This document shows, in pieces, positions 31,774 through 33,088 of a stretch of 33,088 bases of DNA. Position numbers and translations under genes: made by a program. Below the pieces are notes generated by a model. It did no database searches. It saw only the letters and a program-made list of their open reading frames with translations, and was not told the origin of the DNA. How positions within the stretch are numbered: position 1 is the first letter of the stretch; the number at the start of each line of letters is the position of its first letter. The stretch is from Octopus bimaculoides. Taxonomy: Eukaryota. The stretch spans positions 6,178,561-6,211,648 of the forward strand of contig NC_068997.1 of the NCBI RefSeq assembly GCF_001194135.2, written 5' to 3'.

Positions 31774-32188
31774 TAGCGAAGAGTGACTAGGAAACTAGGG
31801 CATGCAGTCTTCTCCGCCACTGTGGTGGTGTTGGTGTTGGTGGCAGTGTAGTTCCGAGTGTCCCACCCTCCCCTTTTTCGTGAAAAGTGTAGCNNNNNNN
31901 NNNNNNNNNNNNNNNNNNNNNNNNNNNNNNNNNNNNNNNNNNNNNNNNNNNNNNNNNNNNNNNNNNNNNNNNNNNNNNNNNNNNNNNNNNNNNNNNNNNN
32001 NNNNNNNNNNNNNNNNNNNNNNNNNNNNNNNNNNNNNNNNNNNNNNNNNNNNNNNNNNNNNNNNNNNNNNNNNNNNNNNNNNNNNNNNNNNNNNNNNNNN
32101 NNNNNNNNNNNNNNNNNNNNNNNNNNNNNNTGGATGTGTATAACAATGAACAACTTCTGTCACTGATGCAGCTTTTCTCTCTTTGCAG

Positions 32189-32297
32189 ACATCGACTTAT
32201 CCCCGAAACCTTTCTTGAAGCCTTTTCTCTTCATCAACAAATCGCCAAATGTGTGGCAGATCTGGAGGTCAAGCATCGGGGAAACGTCGGTGTGTAG
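32189..32297 (+). CDS. Candidate last coding exon of an unidentified host gene
   Basis: Branch-like CTGAT (32163), pyrimidine tract and TTTGCAG acceptor; GC-richer than the surroundings. The phase-2 frame gives HRLIPETFLEAFSLHQQIAKCVADLEVKHRGNVGV* (TAG at 32295-32297). The alternative phase-1 frame stays open longer (IDLSPKPFLKPF...RVMALN*). Confidence 0.55.
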
Positions 32298-32754
32298 ACG
32301 TCGCTATCAAGCCGAGTGCCAGTCGCGAGTGATGGCACTGAATTGAGCCAGGCTCCGCCGTGAGGCTTGGAAGCTGAGCGGAAACATATCAGACAGTGCT
32401 GGTCAAGTCGGCTCACTAACTCGTCCGGGATCTATTTCTATTTCGTTAGCTAATATTTTGTCTTCACTGTTGATGTTGTTATATGTGTACTAAGGAACTC
32501 ACCTTTATTTTCGTTTGATGTTATCATCTAGCAGTCTATCATACTCTGGGGCTTCTAACCTGTGTAAATTTTTTGTTTTATCGGAGAAGATTAGGGACCT
32601 ATCTGAGTTTTTTTTAACAATCTTATATCGACTCGGAGCTTATGTTGAAAGGAGAAAGAGGACTAACGGAACTTCAATTTTGGGATGATACCAAGCAGGT
32701 CCGCCTCGAAGGGATCGAGGTCCTTAATTCTGGGTGGGTGTTTTCTCGACCTAT

Positions 32755-33070
32755 CTCAGTCATTTGACTGCGGCCATGCTGGAGAGCCTCTTTTAGTCGA
32801 ACAAATCGACCCCAGGATTTTTTCTTTGTAAGCCCAGTACTTATTCTATCGGTCTTTTTTGCCGAGCCGCTAAGTTACGGTGACGTAAATGTACCAATAT
32901 CCGTTCTCAAGCAATGGTGGGGAGGGGGACACAGGCACACAAACATATACATACGACGGGCTTCTTTCAGTTTCCGTCTACCCAATCTACTCACAAGGTG
33001 CCATGCAGTGAGACTGAACCCGGCACCATGTGGTTGGTAAGGAAGCTACTTACCACACAGTCACTCCTGC
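32755..33070 (-). mobile_element. SINE family B, near full length
   Basis: CAGTCATTTGACTGCGGCCATGCTGGAG tail; TTCCGTCTACC; GGTGCCATGCAGTGAGACTGAACCCGG head (reverse complement). Confidence 0.92.
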
Positions 33071-33088
33071 ACCTAATCTACCGGTATA

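Noticed and set aside
202-32166. Most ORFs in the track (SLSLSL, YIYIYI, CMYVCM, poly-T/V/H/P, X-containing)
   Set aside because: Translations of microsatellites, triplet expansions or N gaps, with no domain content.
5078-33070. tRNA genes
   Set aside because: A- and B-box-like motifs all belong to SINE heads; none forms a complete cloverleaf.

Overview
AT-rich, microsatellite-saturated eukaryotic DNA, most likely a cephalopod (Octopus-type). That assignment is inferred from recognised tRNA-derived SINE families and is not database-checked. Nearly all ORFs in the supplied track are microsatellite or low-complexity artefacts. The window is mostly a graveyard of transposable elements: several SINE families; dead LINE fragments from at least four lineages (CR1/L2-like RT, Tx1/L1-like C-terminus, CRE-like and R4/Dong-like restriction-like-endonuclease elements); a deleted mariner with both TIRs; a Tigger/pogo derivative; hAT-type MITEs; a Helitron PIF1 helicase 3' end; and a Gypsy-like 3' end. 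It also holds four mutually unrelated long fold-back elements. Host-gene signal is small. Two plus-strand candidate exons with textbook splice sites (18677-18723 and from 32189) suggest much of the window is intronic. A minus-strand candidate first exon (30611-30528) sits directly under an RFX X-box and a YY1/Kozak-like CAAGATGGCG, which would be a nested antisense gene. No CRISPR array, rRNA or intact tRNA gene was seen. I cannot claim a confirmed novel system. The best leads are the X-box-led nested gene, the unidentified exon pair, the fold-back cluster and an octamer-motif tandem array.
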